From NCBI GenBank assembly GCA_963706045.1, contig CAVPLY010000011.1:87536-151535 (forward strand): DNA of 64,000 nt, given 5' to 3'. Under the pieces are notes generated by a model that ran no database searches, was not told the origin of the DNA, and saw only the letters and a list, made by a program, of their open reading frames with translations. The stretch comes from an uncultured Actinomycetota bacterium. Its GTDB lineage: Bacteria > Actinomycetota > Actinomycetes > JAHEKZ01. Positions 51,163 to 61,514 of the stretch are shown one piece after another (positions within the stretch are counted from its first letter, which is position 1; every line of letters begins with the position of its first letter). The position numbers and the translations under genes are program-made.

Positions 51163-52284
51163 ATGACCTCTATCTCGGCGGCAGTGTTCCGCGGAACCGA
51201 TCAACCCATCAGCGTCCAGGCCGTCGATCTGGCGCCTCCCGGTCCGGACGAGGTCGAGGTGGCGATCGCCGCGGCTGGTGTCTGTCACAGCGACCTCCAC
51301 ATGGTGCGAGGCGAGTGGGAACACCGGACGCCCGTCGTGCTGGGGCACGAAGGATCTGGCGTCATCACCGCTGTGGGCGACGGCGTCACCGACCTGACCG
51401 TGGGTGATCACGTCGTGCTGTCGTGGGTGCCTTCGTGCGGCGAGTGCCGCTTCTGCAAGGCGGGTCGCGTGGCGCAGTGTCAGAAGTCGCTCGAGGTGAT
51501 CGCGGCCGGCGGAACGCTCTTCGACGGGACGCCGCGGCTGAGTGTCGATGGCGAAGCGTGCTACCACTACCTCGGCGTCTCCTCGTTCGCCGAGCGGGCG
51601 GTCGTTCCCGCATCCGGTGCGATCAAGGTGCGTTCTGACGCGCCCCTGGACGCGATCGCGCTCGTCGGCTGTGCGGTGGCCACAGGTGTCGGCGCCGTTC
51701 GCAGCACGGCTCAGGTTCCGGCCGGCGCCACAGTTGCCGTGATCGGGTGCGGAGGTGTTGGGCTCTCGTGTATCCAGGGTGCCCGAATGGTCGGTGCCAG
51801 CCGAATCGTCGCCGTCGACCTCGTCCCCGCCAAGCTCGAGCTGGCGTTGAAGCTCGGAGCCACCGACATCGTCGATGGACGGGCAGGCGACGTCGTTCAG
51901 CAGCTGCAGACCCTGGTGCCGGAGGGGCTCGACTACGTCTTCGACGCGATCGGCGCCATCGTCACGACCCAGCAGGCGATCGCCGCGCTGGGGATCGGGG
52001 GAGCGGCTGTCGTCGTCGGACTCCCCCCGGCCGGCCAGACGGCGACGTTCGAGCCGCTGGCGCTCGCCGAGTCGGAGCAGCGGATTCTGGGGTCGAACTA
52101 CGGCTCGTGCGTTCCCCACCGCGACATCCCTGATCTCATCGACCGCTTCATGTCCGGAGAGCTGGACCTCGAGTCGATGATCTCGGCGCGGAGGCCGCTC
52201 GCTGACGCGTCCGCGGCGCTGGACGACCTTGCCTCTGGGACTGCGCTGCGACAGCTGCTGCTGCCGAATCCCGACCTGCTGTGA
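51163..52284 (+). CDS. Zinc-dependent alcohol dehydrogenase (class III / mycothiol-dependent formaldehyde dehydrogenase-like)
   Basis: GVCHSDLH, GHEGSGVI, the structural-Zn cluster CGECRFC, and GCGGVGLS NAD-binding motif. Confidence 0.8.
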   Translation: MTSISAAVFRGTDQPISVQAVDLAPPGPDEVEVAIAAAGVCHSDLHMVRGEWEHRTPVVLGHEGSGVITAVGDGVTDLTVGDHVVLSWVPSCGECRFCKAGRVAQCQKSLEVIAAGGTLFDGTPRLSVDGEACYHYLGVSSFAERAVVPASGAIKVRSDAPLDAIALVGCAVATGVGAVRSTAQVPAGATVAVIGCGGVGLSCIQGARMVGASRIVAVDLVPAKLELALKLGATDIVDGRAGDVVQQLQTLVPEGLDYVFDAIGAIVTTQQAIAALGIGGAAVVVGLPPAGQTATFEPLALAESEQRILGSNYGSCVPHRDIPDLIDRFMSGELDLESMISARRPLADASAALDDLASGTALRQLLLPNPDLL

Positions 52285-52293
52285 GGGCGCGCG

Positions 52294-52509
52294 TCAGGGT
52301 TGACGGCCCCTGACCTCGAGCGATTCGAGGAGCGTCGCCGTGGCAGCGGCCACCTGGGTCACGGCATGATCGAAGGCGGCCCTGTTGTGCGCGGCCGGGG
52401 CACGAAAGCCTGAGATCTTGCGGACGTACTGCAGGGCAGCCGCCTGCATATCGGCCTCAGTCGGCGCTTCGGTGTACGGCGGTCGCAGGGTCTTGATGCT
52501 TCGGCACAT
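52294..52509 (-). CDS. DUF2277 domain protein
   Basis: MCRSIKTLRPPYTEAPTEADMQAAALQYVRKISGFRAP... matches the DUF2277 signature. 71 aa. Confidence 0.75.
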   Translation of the reverse strand: MCRSIKTLRPPYTEAPTEADMQAAALQYVRKISGFRAPAAHNRAAFDHAVTQVAAATATLLESLEVRGRQP

Positions 52510-52612
52510 GGGTTCAGCGTAGAACCCGTCATGGTTTGGTAAGGCGTTCGGCGGATGACGAGCCAGCGCCAGGTGGTTACATCGATGACTGATGACCCAC
52601 AGAGGAGCTCCG

Positions 52613-53335
52613 ATGACCGACACCGCGACCACATCCACGGCGGTCGATGACCGCCGATCGCCAGCGCGCTGGTGGGCCCTGCCCGCCGCCATCGTCATCG
52701 TCGCCATCGGCGTCTGGGTGACAGGTGGAGTTCTCACCAACAACGAGACGGTCGCCATGGGGCTCACCGGGCTTGTGGCTGCTTCTCGCCGGGGGAATCG
52801 CCCTGTTCGTCGCCTGGCGCCGTCGCGCCCTCGCGGCGCCGGTGCTCATCGGCTATGCCATCGCGGCCGTGGGCATCGGGGGTTTCCTCGGCTACACCAG
52901 CATGGTCGACCAGGTGGTCGACGAGGACGTGGTCGTGGCGACGTCCGACACCACCGATTCGGACAGTGCCGATGGCGCCGGGGCCAGCGGCGCCGGTGAT
53001 TCTGGCAGCGCCCAGAACCAGCTGCTCGCTGAGGGCACCTTCGTGGCTGAGGCCCACCCCACGGAGGGCTCGGCGTCGGTGATCGAGACAGCGGACGGCG
53101 TGGTGGTGACGCTCACCGACTTCGTGACCGACCCCGGCCCCGATCTGAAGGTGTATCTCGTGCCGAAGGGTGCAGACGTCGAAGACGGGGTCAACCTGGG
53201 TTCACTCAAGGGCAACAAGGGCAATCAGCAGTACGACGTGCCCGCGTCGTTCGACACCGCGGTCTGGCGGGGGGTTCGGTCGTGATCTGGTGTCGGGCCT
53301 TCACCGTCTCGTTCGGCTCGTCAGCGCTGAGCTAG
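52613..53335 (+). pseudogene. DM13-domain protein with N-terminal TM helices, two frame breaks
   Basis: AGAGGAG RBS. Break 1 at about 52771-52778 (MGLTGL / WLLLAGGIALFVAW). Break 2 is in the G6 run 53269-53274 (..DTAVWRG / SVVIWCRAFTVSFGSSALS-stop at 53335). DM13 core: LTDFVTDPGPDLKVYL...LGSLKGNKGNQQYDVP. Confidence 0.75.
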
Positions 53336-53365
53336 GCGTTGGCCCGTGCGGAACCAGGGGCCGGG

Positions 53366-54010
53366 CTAGTCGACGCGGACGATGCCGTTCGGAGTCGAGA
53401 AGTGGGCGGCGACCAGGCCGACGACGTTGTCGCCGGTGGGCACCCACTCGACCTCGACGTCGTCGAGCGGGTTTCCGTTCAATGAACCGAGCCACTGGTT
53501 GACCACAGAGGCATCACCGGCGATCTCGAGCTTGGTGATCCGGATGTCGGTGCCGTTGCCGTAGCCGGGGCGTTCCTCGGGTTCGCAGTCCCAGTGGATG
53601 AAGAAGGGCAGCTGGGGGTTCTCGAGGAGCTCGTTGATGCCGATCTGCTTCCAGCGCAGGTCGTAGCCGTCCGGCCGTCTGCGGTGTCCCTCGACCGACT
53701 CTCGGCCCAGGCGGCTTTCGACGGTCGCCATCTCGGGCACCTCGACGACCCAGCCCAGCCAGCTGCCGCCGTCCGCCGCGCGCTTCTTGACCGCTCGCCC
53801 GAAGGGGGCGGTGTCTGCTGCGGGGTGGTCGAGCGCGGCGACGACTTCGAGGTAGGCGCCGCCGGCAAGGGGAAGGACGAAGTTGCGGGTACCGAAGCGC
53901 GGGTGCACGCCGCCGTCGGTGAAACCTGCGCCGAGTCGCGAACCAAGTCGTTGCACGACGTCGGCAAGATGATCGGTGGGTGCTGCGTAAGACAGGTGAT
54001 CCAGCCGCAT
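53366..54010 (-). CDS. VOC-family (glyoxalase-like domain) protein
   Basis: MRLDHLSYAAP...GVHPRFGTRNFVLPLAGGAYLEVVA...PFFIHWD. Confidence 0.7.
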   Translation of the reverse strand: MRLDHLSYAAPTDHLADVVQRLGSRLGAGFTDGGVHPRFGTRNFVLPLAGGAYLEVVAALDHPAADTAPFGRAVKKRAADGGSWLGWVVEVPEMATVESRLGRESVEGHRRRPDGYDLRWKQIGINELLENPQLPFFIHWDCEPEERPGYGNGTDIRITKLEIAGDASVVNQWLGSLNGNPLDDVEVEWVPTGDNVVGLVAAHFSTPNGIVRVD

Positions 54011-54064
54011 GTAGAGATACTGCCCAACGCCATTTCCCACCCCGAACTCGGGGTCGGGTTGGGG

Positions 54065-54670
54065 TCAGTCGGCGGTGCTGCCAGGGTGCGCGTGAGCGCC
54101 GGCGTCACCGCGTCCGTAGCGCAGGGCAAAGGCGACATGCCCGACGACAGCCAGCGTGAGGGCGAAGGCCGTCCAGTCGTGCACCCAGGTGGCATCGGTG
54201 CGCGTAGCCGTCGGCCACGACCACCACCATCCGGCCATCACCGTGCCGGTGCCGATCAGCACGATCAGCGCCCCGAGGGTGAGCGCGGCGTTCAGCTTCT
54301 GGCCGGCGTTGAAGCGAGCGACGGGGATGCGGCCGCTGCGCCGGTCCTTGGCGCGCAGCCACTCGACATCGGCTGGTGACCAGCGTTCGAGGTGCGCCAC
54401 GTCCGCGCGGAACCGCGACGACAGCAGACCGACCGCCAGTGGCAACGGCGCGAGCAGACCGGCCGCAAGATGCACCGTTCGCACAAGGTCGCGACGGCCG
54501 ACCGCGATCGAGAGCGTGTCGATCCACATGATGGCGGCGGTGGCGATGCCGATTCCGATCAGCGCGGCGAAGGCACCATGCACGATGACCTCGGCCGTCG
54601 AGAAGCGGCGGTCAGGTGATGGGGTCGTCGCTGCGTCCGTTGGACGATCCGACATAGGCGTCGACGTCAT
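54065..54670 (-). CDS. Cytochrome b-type membrane subunit (Ni/Fe-hydrogenase b-type cytochrome family)
   Basis: 4 TM helices with conserved His residues (VHGAF.., VHLAAG.., VHDWTAF.., GHVAFAL). GGGAGG RBS before ATG 54670. Overlaps the 3' end of the molybdoenzyme gene. Confidence 0.6.
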   Translation of the reverse strand: MTSTPMSDRPTDAATTPSPDRRFSTAEVIVHGAFAALIGIGIATAAIMWIDTLSIAVGRRDLVRTVHLAAGLLAPLPLAVGLLSSRFRADVAHLERWSPADVEWLRAKDRRSGRIPVARFNAGQKLNAALTLGALIVLIGTGTVMAGWWWSWPTATRTDATWVHDWTAFALTLAVVGHVAFALRYGRGDAGAHAHPGSTAD

Positions 54671-55328
54671 AGCCCCGCACCTCCCAGTAGCCGGGGTCGA
54701 CGGCATCGACCAGCTCGATCCGGCTCAGCCACTTCAGTGACTTGTAGCCGTACATGGGCACCACGAGCAGTCGAACCGGCCCACCGTGGTCGCGCGACAC
54801 CACCTCACCGTCGAGATGCGTTGCCACCATCACCTCGTCCTGCTCCACCTGGTCAAGCGTGAGCGACTCGGTGTAGGTGCCGTCGTGGGAGTGGAAGGTG
54901 ATCGCGCGGGCTGAGCCTTGTACGCCCACCGCGTCCAGAACGTCGCGCAGCTGCACGCCCTGCCAGGCAACGTCGTCAACCCGCCAGCCCGTCACGCACT
55001 GGAAGTCGCGCGTCCAGTTGGTCTGCGGCAGATCGGCGATGTCGTCCCAGGTGAGCGTCATCGAGCGGTCGACGAGACCGTCAACCTGTAGGCGGTAGTC
55101 GGACATCGAGAGGCTGGGCTGCTTGGCGGTCACTGAGTAGTAACGCCAGCCGCCCTCACCGGGCACGAGGTCGGCGAGGCCGGTGGGGTCGACGCGACGG
55201 ACGGGGGAGAGCACGGCGTCGATGGCGCTCTGCAGCGGCGCACCGAGTGCGACGCCGATGGCTCCGACGCCGATCACGGACAGCACGATTCGTCGCCCGT
55301 AGGGGCGCGCCTCGCCCGCCTGTGGCAT
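54612..55328 (-). CDS. Molybdopterin-dependent oxidoreductase (sulfite oxidase / MsrP-YedY-like catalytic subunit)
   Basis: RDFQCVTGWRVDDVAWQGVQLRDVL...DGEVVSRDHGGPVRLLVVPMYGYKSLKWLSRIEL. An N-terminal RR-containing signal or anchor. Confidence 0.75.
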   Translation of the reverse strand: MPQAGEARPYGRRIVLSVIGVGAIGVALGAPLQSAIDAVLSPVRRVDPTGLADLVPGEGGWRYYSVTAKQPSLSMSDYRLQVDGLVDRSMTLTWDDIADLPQTNWTRDFQCVTGWRVDDVAWQGVQLRDVLDAVGVQGSARAITFHSHDGTYTESLTLDQVEQDEVMVATHLDGEVVSRDHGGPVRLLVVPMYGYKSLKWLSRIELVDAVDPGYWEVRGYDVDAYVGSSNGRSDDPIT

Positions 55329-55492
55329 GGGTGCGTCTTGTTCCACCCGATCAGCATGCGCTGCCGGAGCCCTGACGGCCAGACGGGATGCGGTCCCTTC
55401 GCGCGTTTTCCCCAACTCGTAAGGTGCGCTTTCATCCACAGGCCAGGCCCGGCCGCCCTTCGAGAGCACGCGAACCGGGCACGGTCTGGGTC

Positions 55493-56582
55493 ATGAGTCT
55501 TCCAATGCCGGCGGCCGACGAGCCGTTCACCTCGCCATCCAGGTCTTGCGACGGGCGCCCCACTCTGCGCATCAGTGGGCCGGCGCAGATCCTGCAGATC
55601 GTCCCGTACCTGCTCGGATTTCATCCCGAACGCAGCGTCGTCATCGTCGCTCTCAAGGGCACGAGGATTGTGGTGAGTGCCCGCTACGACATCGAGGCTC
55701 CGCCGCTGTGTGCTGAGCCGCTGTGTCACTCCGCTTCCGCTGCAGGCGCCGACCGGGTGATCGTCGCGATCTACGACGAGGCGATCAACGGCTCTCCGCT
55801 GCCCCATCTCGACTACCTCGATGCTCTCGGCGACGTCTTCGACCGCTACGGGCTGAGCGGTGTCGACGCGCTTGCAGTGGGCAATGGCCGGTGGTGGTCG
55901 TACCTGTGCCAGGACAACGCTGACTGCTGTCCGAGCGAGGGCACTGAGCTGGAGAGCGCGGGTGTGGCAGCCGCTGGTGCGGTGGCCGAAGGCTTGGTGG
56001 CGCTACCCGCTCGGGCCGACCTCGAGGCCGAGCTCGAACCAGATCTGATCGGCATGGCGAAGGTGCTGGCATCGCTCATCGAGCTCGGCGAGGTCGACGA
56101 CGACCGGCCGGACGTGGTGGTGAGGGCCTCGGACTGGTCGGTGGTGCGCCGTTTCGTCAGGCGAGCCCGCCGAGGCGGGCCGACCACCGACACCGGAAGA
56201 GACCGCTCGGGTCCTCTGGGCGCTGATGGACCGCGCCGTCCGCGATGCCACGGTCGGCTATCTGGCCACCCGCCCCGAGCCCGAGGTCTCGACCGCCTGG
56301 CGAGAGCTGGTCCGGGTGGCCCCACCGCCGTGGCGGGCACCGGTCGCCACTATCTATGCCCTCTGGTGTTTCGCGGCGGGCAGCGGAGCGCGTTCGAACA
56401 TCGCCGTCGACGTGGCCCTGGAGGCCGATCCGTCCTACTCGATGGCGCAGCTGTTGGCCGAGGCGCAGACGGGCGGGATCAACCCGTTCGAGTTCATCGC
56501 CGCCGTGACCGACGAGTGCCGACTGGTGGGACGCCGCATCCAACGCAAGCGGCCGCCGTGGGGACGCCGTCCGTCCGCCTAG
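55493..56582 (+). pseudogene. DUF4192 domain protein, frame break between about 56150 and 56215
   Basis: N-terminal part ISGPAQILQIVPYLLGFHPERSVVIVAL... in the frame of 55388. C-terminal part PEETARVLWALMDRAVRDATVGYL...ALEADPSYSMAQLL in the frame of 56226. Confidence 0.75.
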
Positions 56583-56650
56583 CGGTGTGAGACCCGCGCA
56601 GATCCGGCCACGTGATGGCTGATCTGCGTTTCGGGCGGTAGCGTTCTGGC

Positions 56651-56962
56651 GTGGCTGAGCAGTGGACCCTTCTGACCAATCATGGACGCGTGCTCCTCAT
56701 CATCGCTGACGATGCTGACGTGCGCCTGCGTGACGTCGCGACGTCGGTGGGTATCACCGAGCGTTCGGTGCAGATGATCGTGGCCGACTTCGAAGAAGCC
56801 GGGTACCTCAGCCGCGAGCGCAGGGGGCGGCGCAACCACTACTCGGTCAACTCCAGCAAGCACTTTCGCCACCCCCATGAGGCCGACCACAGCGTGGGTG
56901 AGCTGCTCGACCTCTTCGTCGACCGCAAGGCGTCTCGGGGCGGCCGGGAGTCGGCGCCGTAG
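56651..56962 (+). CDS. Winged-helix DNA-binding protein (MarR/ArsR-like HTH)
   Basis: VRLRDVATSVGITERSVQMIVADFEEAGYLSRERRGRRNHY. 103 aa. GTG start. Confidence 0.6.
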   Translation: MAEQWTLLTNHGRVLLIIADDADVRLRDVATSVGITERSVQMIVADFEEAGYLSRERRGRRNHYSVNSSKHFRHPHEADHSVGELLDLFVDRKASRGGRESAP

Positions 56963-57074
56963 TCGTCGCCGTTCGTAGGCGGACTGTTCCGTTCGGTAGT
57001 CGTGTTGCTCCAGGTGGGTCCGCCGCCTGTGGATCGTCGGTGTGCGGGCCTGCAGCGGCTCTACTCTCCAGCGC

Positions 57075-57983
57075 ATGAGCTGGGGGAGTCGCACAGGGTC
57101 AGCCGCCCTGTCTGAACGTCGATCGGAGCGCACCGCTTGGTGGCGGTGGTTCATGCTCACGATTGGGCTGGGGCTTGTTGCCGCTCTCCTGCCGCCCGCG
57201 GCCGCCATGGCAGCGGCTCCGTGTGAGGGTGCCGACTGTGGCGTTGTCGCCGATCCCGATGATGCTCAGTACGTGGGTTCAGGCGGCCTTTTGCTGCCTG
57301 CCAGCAGCTTCACCGGCACTGACGCCGACCGGGCTGATGCCGCGACCTGTCCCGAGTGCCGATGGGCGCTGCTGCCGATGTGCCGCGGTGACGGCCAGGC
57401 AGGTGGCGTGGCTTGCGGGGGCGCTGCGAGGTCGTGCCCTCCTGGGCAGTTCCGCCGCATCGTGCTGCTGCTGCGTCCCGGCGACGCCGAGTGGCGAGAG
57501 GTAGGCCTGGTCTGCCTGGTGGGAGGGGCGCCCACGACCGTCGACGATGTCGCGTCCGAGCTGGCCGATGTGGTGATCGAGGACGTCCCGCCTCTTGAGC
57601 CATCGACGCAGCCTGAAGGCGGCACGCTAATCGGGCTGCCCGCGGTCTTTGCAGCCGGCCAGCCGCGCTCGTTGGGTGAACGTCAGTTCAACCTGGTGGG
57701 TTTCGAGATCGTGCTTGACGGGCGTGCCACATGGGCGTGGGACTTCGGAGACGGCACCACGATCACGCGCGACGAGCCGGGGGGCCCCTGGCCAGACATG
57801 TCCGTCAGCCACGCCTACGGTCGGGCGGGCGCTTACCCGGTGTCGGTGAGCAGCACCTGGGATGCCTGGTTCACCGTTGACGGGATGGGTCCATGGCCGG
57901 TCGGCGGCGCGCCCGTCGTTCAGGTCGCCAGGACGCCGCTGGTGCAGGTCTTGGAGGCGAGGGCCGAGCTGGTGGTGGGCTGA
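57075..57983 (+). CDS. Secreted or membrane-anchored hypothetical protein: Cys-rich region plus a PKD-like domain
   Basis: Charged N-terminus plus a hydrophobic segment (WWRWFMLTIGLGLVAALLPPAAAMA). 8 Cys residues, including CPECRW. WDFGDGTT...SHAYGRAGAYPVSV is a PKD-type signature. The start is uncertain (57042 or 57075). Confidence 0.5.
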   Translation: MSWGSRTGSAALSERRSERTAWWRWFMLTIGLGLVAALLPPAAAMAAAPCEGADCGVVADPDDAQYVGSGGLLLPASSFTGTDADRADAATCPECRWALLPMCRGDGQAGGVACGGAARSCPPGQFRRIVLLLRPGDAEWREVGLVCLVGGAPTTVDDVASELADVVIEDVPPLEPSTQPEGGTLIGLPAVFAAGQPRSLGERQFNLVGFEIVLDGRATWAWDFGDGTTITRDEPGGPWPDMSVSHAYGRAGAYPVSVSSTWDAWFTVDGMGPWPVGGAPVVQVARTPLVQVLEARAELVVG

Positions 57984-58095
57984 GGTGCTGGCCCGGCCCG
58001 CTCAGGTGGGGTAGCGTCCGGCCAGGCGCCTGATGGAGTGTGGGACAACGTGGCCCAGCTGTCAGATGGCGCTGTGAGTGGCCGAGGAGGTCTGC

Positions 58096-58503
58096 ATGGG
58101 GACGATCGTGGTGGGCTACGTGCCGAGCCCGGAGGGCGAAGCCGCCCTTGACCGAGCTGTTGACGAGGCCCAGCTGCGGGGCAGCAATCTGCTGGTCGTG
58201 AACTCCCAGCGAGGCGGGCGCACAGCCGACTATCACGAGGTTGCCCTCACGAATGAGCAAGTTCAGGTCATTCATGACCGGCTCCACGCGGCAGGGATCG
58301 AGCACGACGTCCGAGGACTGATCCGGGGCAAAGATCCAGCCGATGACCTCGTGGCCATCGCGGAGGAGGAATCAGCTGAGATGATCGTCATCGGACTTCG
58401 CCGACGTACCCCCGTCGGAAAGCTGATCATGGGCAGCAACGCCCAGCGCATTCTGCTGGACGCGAGTTGCCCCGTACTGGCAGTCAAGCGCGCCGAAGAC
58501 TGA
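58096..58503 (+). CDS. Universal stress protein (UspA family)
   Basis: GAGGAGG RBS. MGTIVVGYVPSPEGEAAL...MIVIGLRRRTPVGKLIMGSNAQRILLDASCPVLAVK. Confidence 0.8.
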   Translation: MGTIVVGYVPSPEGEAALDRAVDEAQLRGSNLLVVNSQRGGRTADYHEVALTNEQVQVIHDRLHAAGIEHDVRGLIRGKDPADDLVAIAEEESAEMIVIGLRRRTPVGKLIMGSNAQRILLDASCPVLAVKRAED

Positions 58504-58531
58504 CGGCGAACCCTGACATCGACGGGGGAAG

Positions 58532-58555
58532 GTCAACGCCTCCACGGGCGTTGAC
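58532..58555 (+). terminator. Hairpin after the USP gene
   Basis: GTCAACGCC-tccacg-GGCGTTGAC. No U-tract. Confidence 0.35.
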
Positions 58556-58720
58556 TACAATGTCTATTGCTGCGCCTGTCAAGGGCAGGCCCCCGGGATC
58601 TGACTCATGGTCACACGAGGGTCAGCCTCGAGTCCGCGTCGCAGCAGCGGAAATCCGCATCCATCGTTACGCGTCCCCGCATGACGGCTGCCCGCACCCT
58701 GCAAGGAGGCAACCGCTCCT

Positions 58721-60097
<1,377 letters not shown>

Positions 60098-60121
60098 GTC
60101 GACGCCACGGGATCTGTTTCT

Positions 60122-61216
60122 ATGGCTGAGTTGACTATCGTGCACGCGGTGGGCAGCCCATTTGACCGCGGCGTGACCATCGGCAGAAAGCTCGCCGACG
60201 GGCACCTAAGCGCAGTCGACTTTACTCGCAGGTACACCCGTCGCCACGGTCTGGCCGATGCTGACCTCGAACCTCTGCTCACCCCTTACCTCGCTGCTGC
60301 CAAGAATGCCGTGCCCAGACTTGTTACTCATCTAGAGGGCGTCGCCGAGGGAAGTGGAATCCCGTTTATCGACATCTTTGCCGTCAATGCATTCGAAGAG
60401 CTCTATGCCGTGCTCGAGCTCTCGGTCGAGCCCGTTGACGGCGTTGAGATTGCCCGGGTGCCGCCTCCGATTCCTGTGGAACGGTGTACCGACCTTCTGG
60501 TGCGCACACCGGTCGGAACCATTCTCGGACACAACGAGCAGTGGTACTCGGGGGATGATGGCGGTATCGCGGTCATCGTCGAACATCCGGACTCCGACGA
60601 CGAGGTGGCAACGGTGACTCCGGTCGCGGTGGGTACTCTGCCGCTCGTCGGCATGAACGCAAGTGGCGGCGCTCTGGGCCTGATGTCCTTGTCGGGTGCT
60701 GACGAGCGAGTAGGTATTCCGCGGGCGCTGTTGGCGCGGGACGGGATTGAGGCCAGGGATCGCGTAGATGCCATAGCGAAGGCCACCCGAAAGAATCGAG
60801 CTGGCGGGTACTCCTACGCCTACGCATTCGCAGGTGGAGATTCTTTCACGCTCGAGGTGTCAGCTACTCGCGATGGCCTGGTCGAAAGTTCGGTCCATAC
60901 GAACCACGCTCTGAATCGCGCCGTTGCCGAAGTCTCTGAGGAACCGTCCGCTGGCAGCCGTTCGCGCTTCGACCGTGCATCCACTTTGTTGGCCGATAAC
61001 CCACCGCAGTCGGCCCAAGAGGTCATGCGAGTGCTCGGTGACCATGGCGCTGATGGGCAGGACATCTGTGTTCACCCCAGAGCCCCCGAAGGCGATGAGG
61101 GGTCGACGATTCAGTTCGCGATGGTTTGTGACGTCGAGGGTCGAACGATGTGGCTGGCCCCCGGTCAGCCGTGCTCAACCCCATTCCAGGAGGTACGACT
61201 CGGAGATCTGCTGTGA
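60122..61216 (+). CDS. C45-family autoproteolytic acyltransferase/hydrolase (acyl-CoA:6-APA acyltransferase-like)
   Basis: 364 aa. A candidate nucleophile Cys sits in ERCTDLLVRT..GHNEQW, within Ntn-hydrolase-like architecture. Starts 24 nt after the rpoD stop with no terminator between them. Confidence 0.65.
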   Translation: MAELTIVHAVGSPFDRGVTIGRKLADGHLSAVDFTRRYTRRHGLADADLEPLLTPYLAAAKNAVPRLVTHLEGVAEGSGIPFIDIFAVNAFEELYAVLELSVEPVDGVEIARVPPPIPVERCTDLLVRTPVGTILGHNEQWYSGDDGGIAVIVEHPDSDDEVATVTPVAVGTLPLVGMNASGGALGLMSLSGADERVGIPRALLARDGIEARDRVDAIAKATRKNRAGGYSYAYAFAGGDSFTLEVSATRDGLVESSVHTNHALNRAVAEVSEEPSAGSRSRFDRASTLLADNPPQSAQEVMRVLGDHGADGQDICVHPRAPEGDEGSTIQFAMVCDVEGRTMWLAPGQPCSTPFQEVRLGDLL

Positions 61217-61252
61217 TCCACAGTCGAGTTTGAGCCGGGCGTCGTCAGCAAC

Positions 61253-61309
61253 TAGTGCGCGACTATCTGGATTGAGTCTTATCCACTGTGAACTGATAAG
61301 TCCGACGCG
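61253..61309 (+). repeat. Copy A of the rpoD-terminus repeat, carrying a 24-nt hairpin insertion
   Basis: TAGTGCGCGACTATCTGGATTGAGTC, then [TTATCCACTGTGAACTGATAAGTC], then CGACGCG. The inverted repeat CTTATC/GATAAG lies within the insertion. Confidence 0.65.
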
Positions 61310-61514
61310 ATCCGGACAGGCCGTTGGTCAGATGTCGCCTCCGTAGCTGTCAGACCCCCTTGCTCACACGCTCACCGCGTCTCACGGCACGTCGGCACGC
61401 TCCGCTGTCACCGGTCGCACCCCCCCACCAACCGATAGCGGGCATTGGGTGAGGAGACTCGTAGTCGGGTCGACGTGTGCGGCCCCGGCGTCCTAGGCAG
61501 CCAGTTCGAGAATT

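Noticed and set aside
56394-56409. TCGAAC half-site inside the DUF4192 gene, considered as a LexA box.
   Set aside because: The second half (CCGTCG) matches GTTCGA poorly, and the site is intragenic.
58060-58081. TGTCAGATGG upstream of the USP gene, considered as a RecA-NDp element.
   Set aside because: The 10-mer is out of register with the consensus, and no TAnnnT hexamer lies at the required 6-nt spacing.
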